A DNA stretch of 63,702 bases, the filler included, from Choristocarpus tenellus KU-1152 (lineage: Eukaryota > Protista > Phaeophyceae), in NCBI GenBank assembly GCA_964200185.2. It is 13 parts of 13 records of this genome, joined end to end, with 100 filler letters (N's around TTAATTAATTAA, not from the genome) between each part and the next. Parts side by side here need not be neighbours in the genome. Positions count along the whole stretch, not along the records: positions 60,307 to 63,702 come from CAXNAD020020318.1; 12 more parts are not named here. One strand, 5' to 3'. The notes under the pieces were generated by a model. The model was not told where the DNA came from and did not search any database. It worked only from the letters and a program-made list of their open reading frames with translations. The translations under genes were made by a program, and so were the position numbers. Below, one piece after another: positions 63,657 to 63,702 of this stretch. How positions within the stretch are numbered: the first letter of the stretch is position 1; every line of letters starts with the position of its first letter.

Positions 63657-63702
63657 ACCTCATCTAGTAAATACCCCCGCCGAAGCTTGTCACTGATTAG
63701 AG

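Overview
This is eukaryotic, intron-rich and transposon-dense DNA, not a prokaryotic region. The window holds 13 unrelated short contigs joined by 12 artificial 100-nt linkers (N44-TTAATTAATTAA-N44), so nothing can be inferred from adjacency across linkers. The gene and TE style, plus many TTAGGG-type inserts, suggest a stramenopile such as a brown alga (inference only). Host genes seen as spliced exons: a TTLL6/13-like tubulin polyglutamylase (6 exons, + strand, two GC-AG introns), the C-terminal PAS domain of a probable bZIP-PAS factor (3 exons, - strand), and two coiled-coil exons. TEs: a decayed Ty1/copia carrying two copies of one solo LTR and a MITE; a Ty3/gypsy integrase-chromodomain fragment; CRE-like non-LTR fragments; mariner and hAT remnants. 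About 17 copies of two related MITE families are present, with 4-bp TSDs in the complete family A copies and Sola-like ends. The most promising leads are: (1) a Sola3-like transposase N-terminus preceded by a 79-bp higher-order array with palindromic cores, (2) the Sola-like MITE burst, (3) scattered telomere-repeat insertions, one of them inside a MITE TIR, and (4) several large decayed orphan genes. All protein-family calls come from motif recognition by eye; no searches were run.
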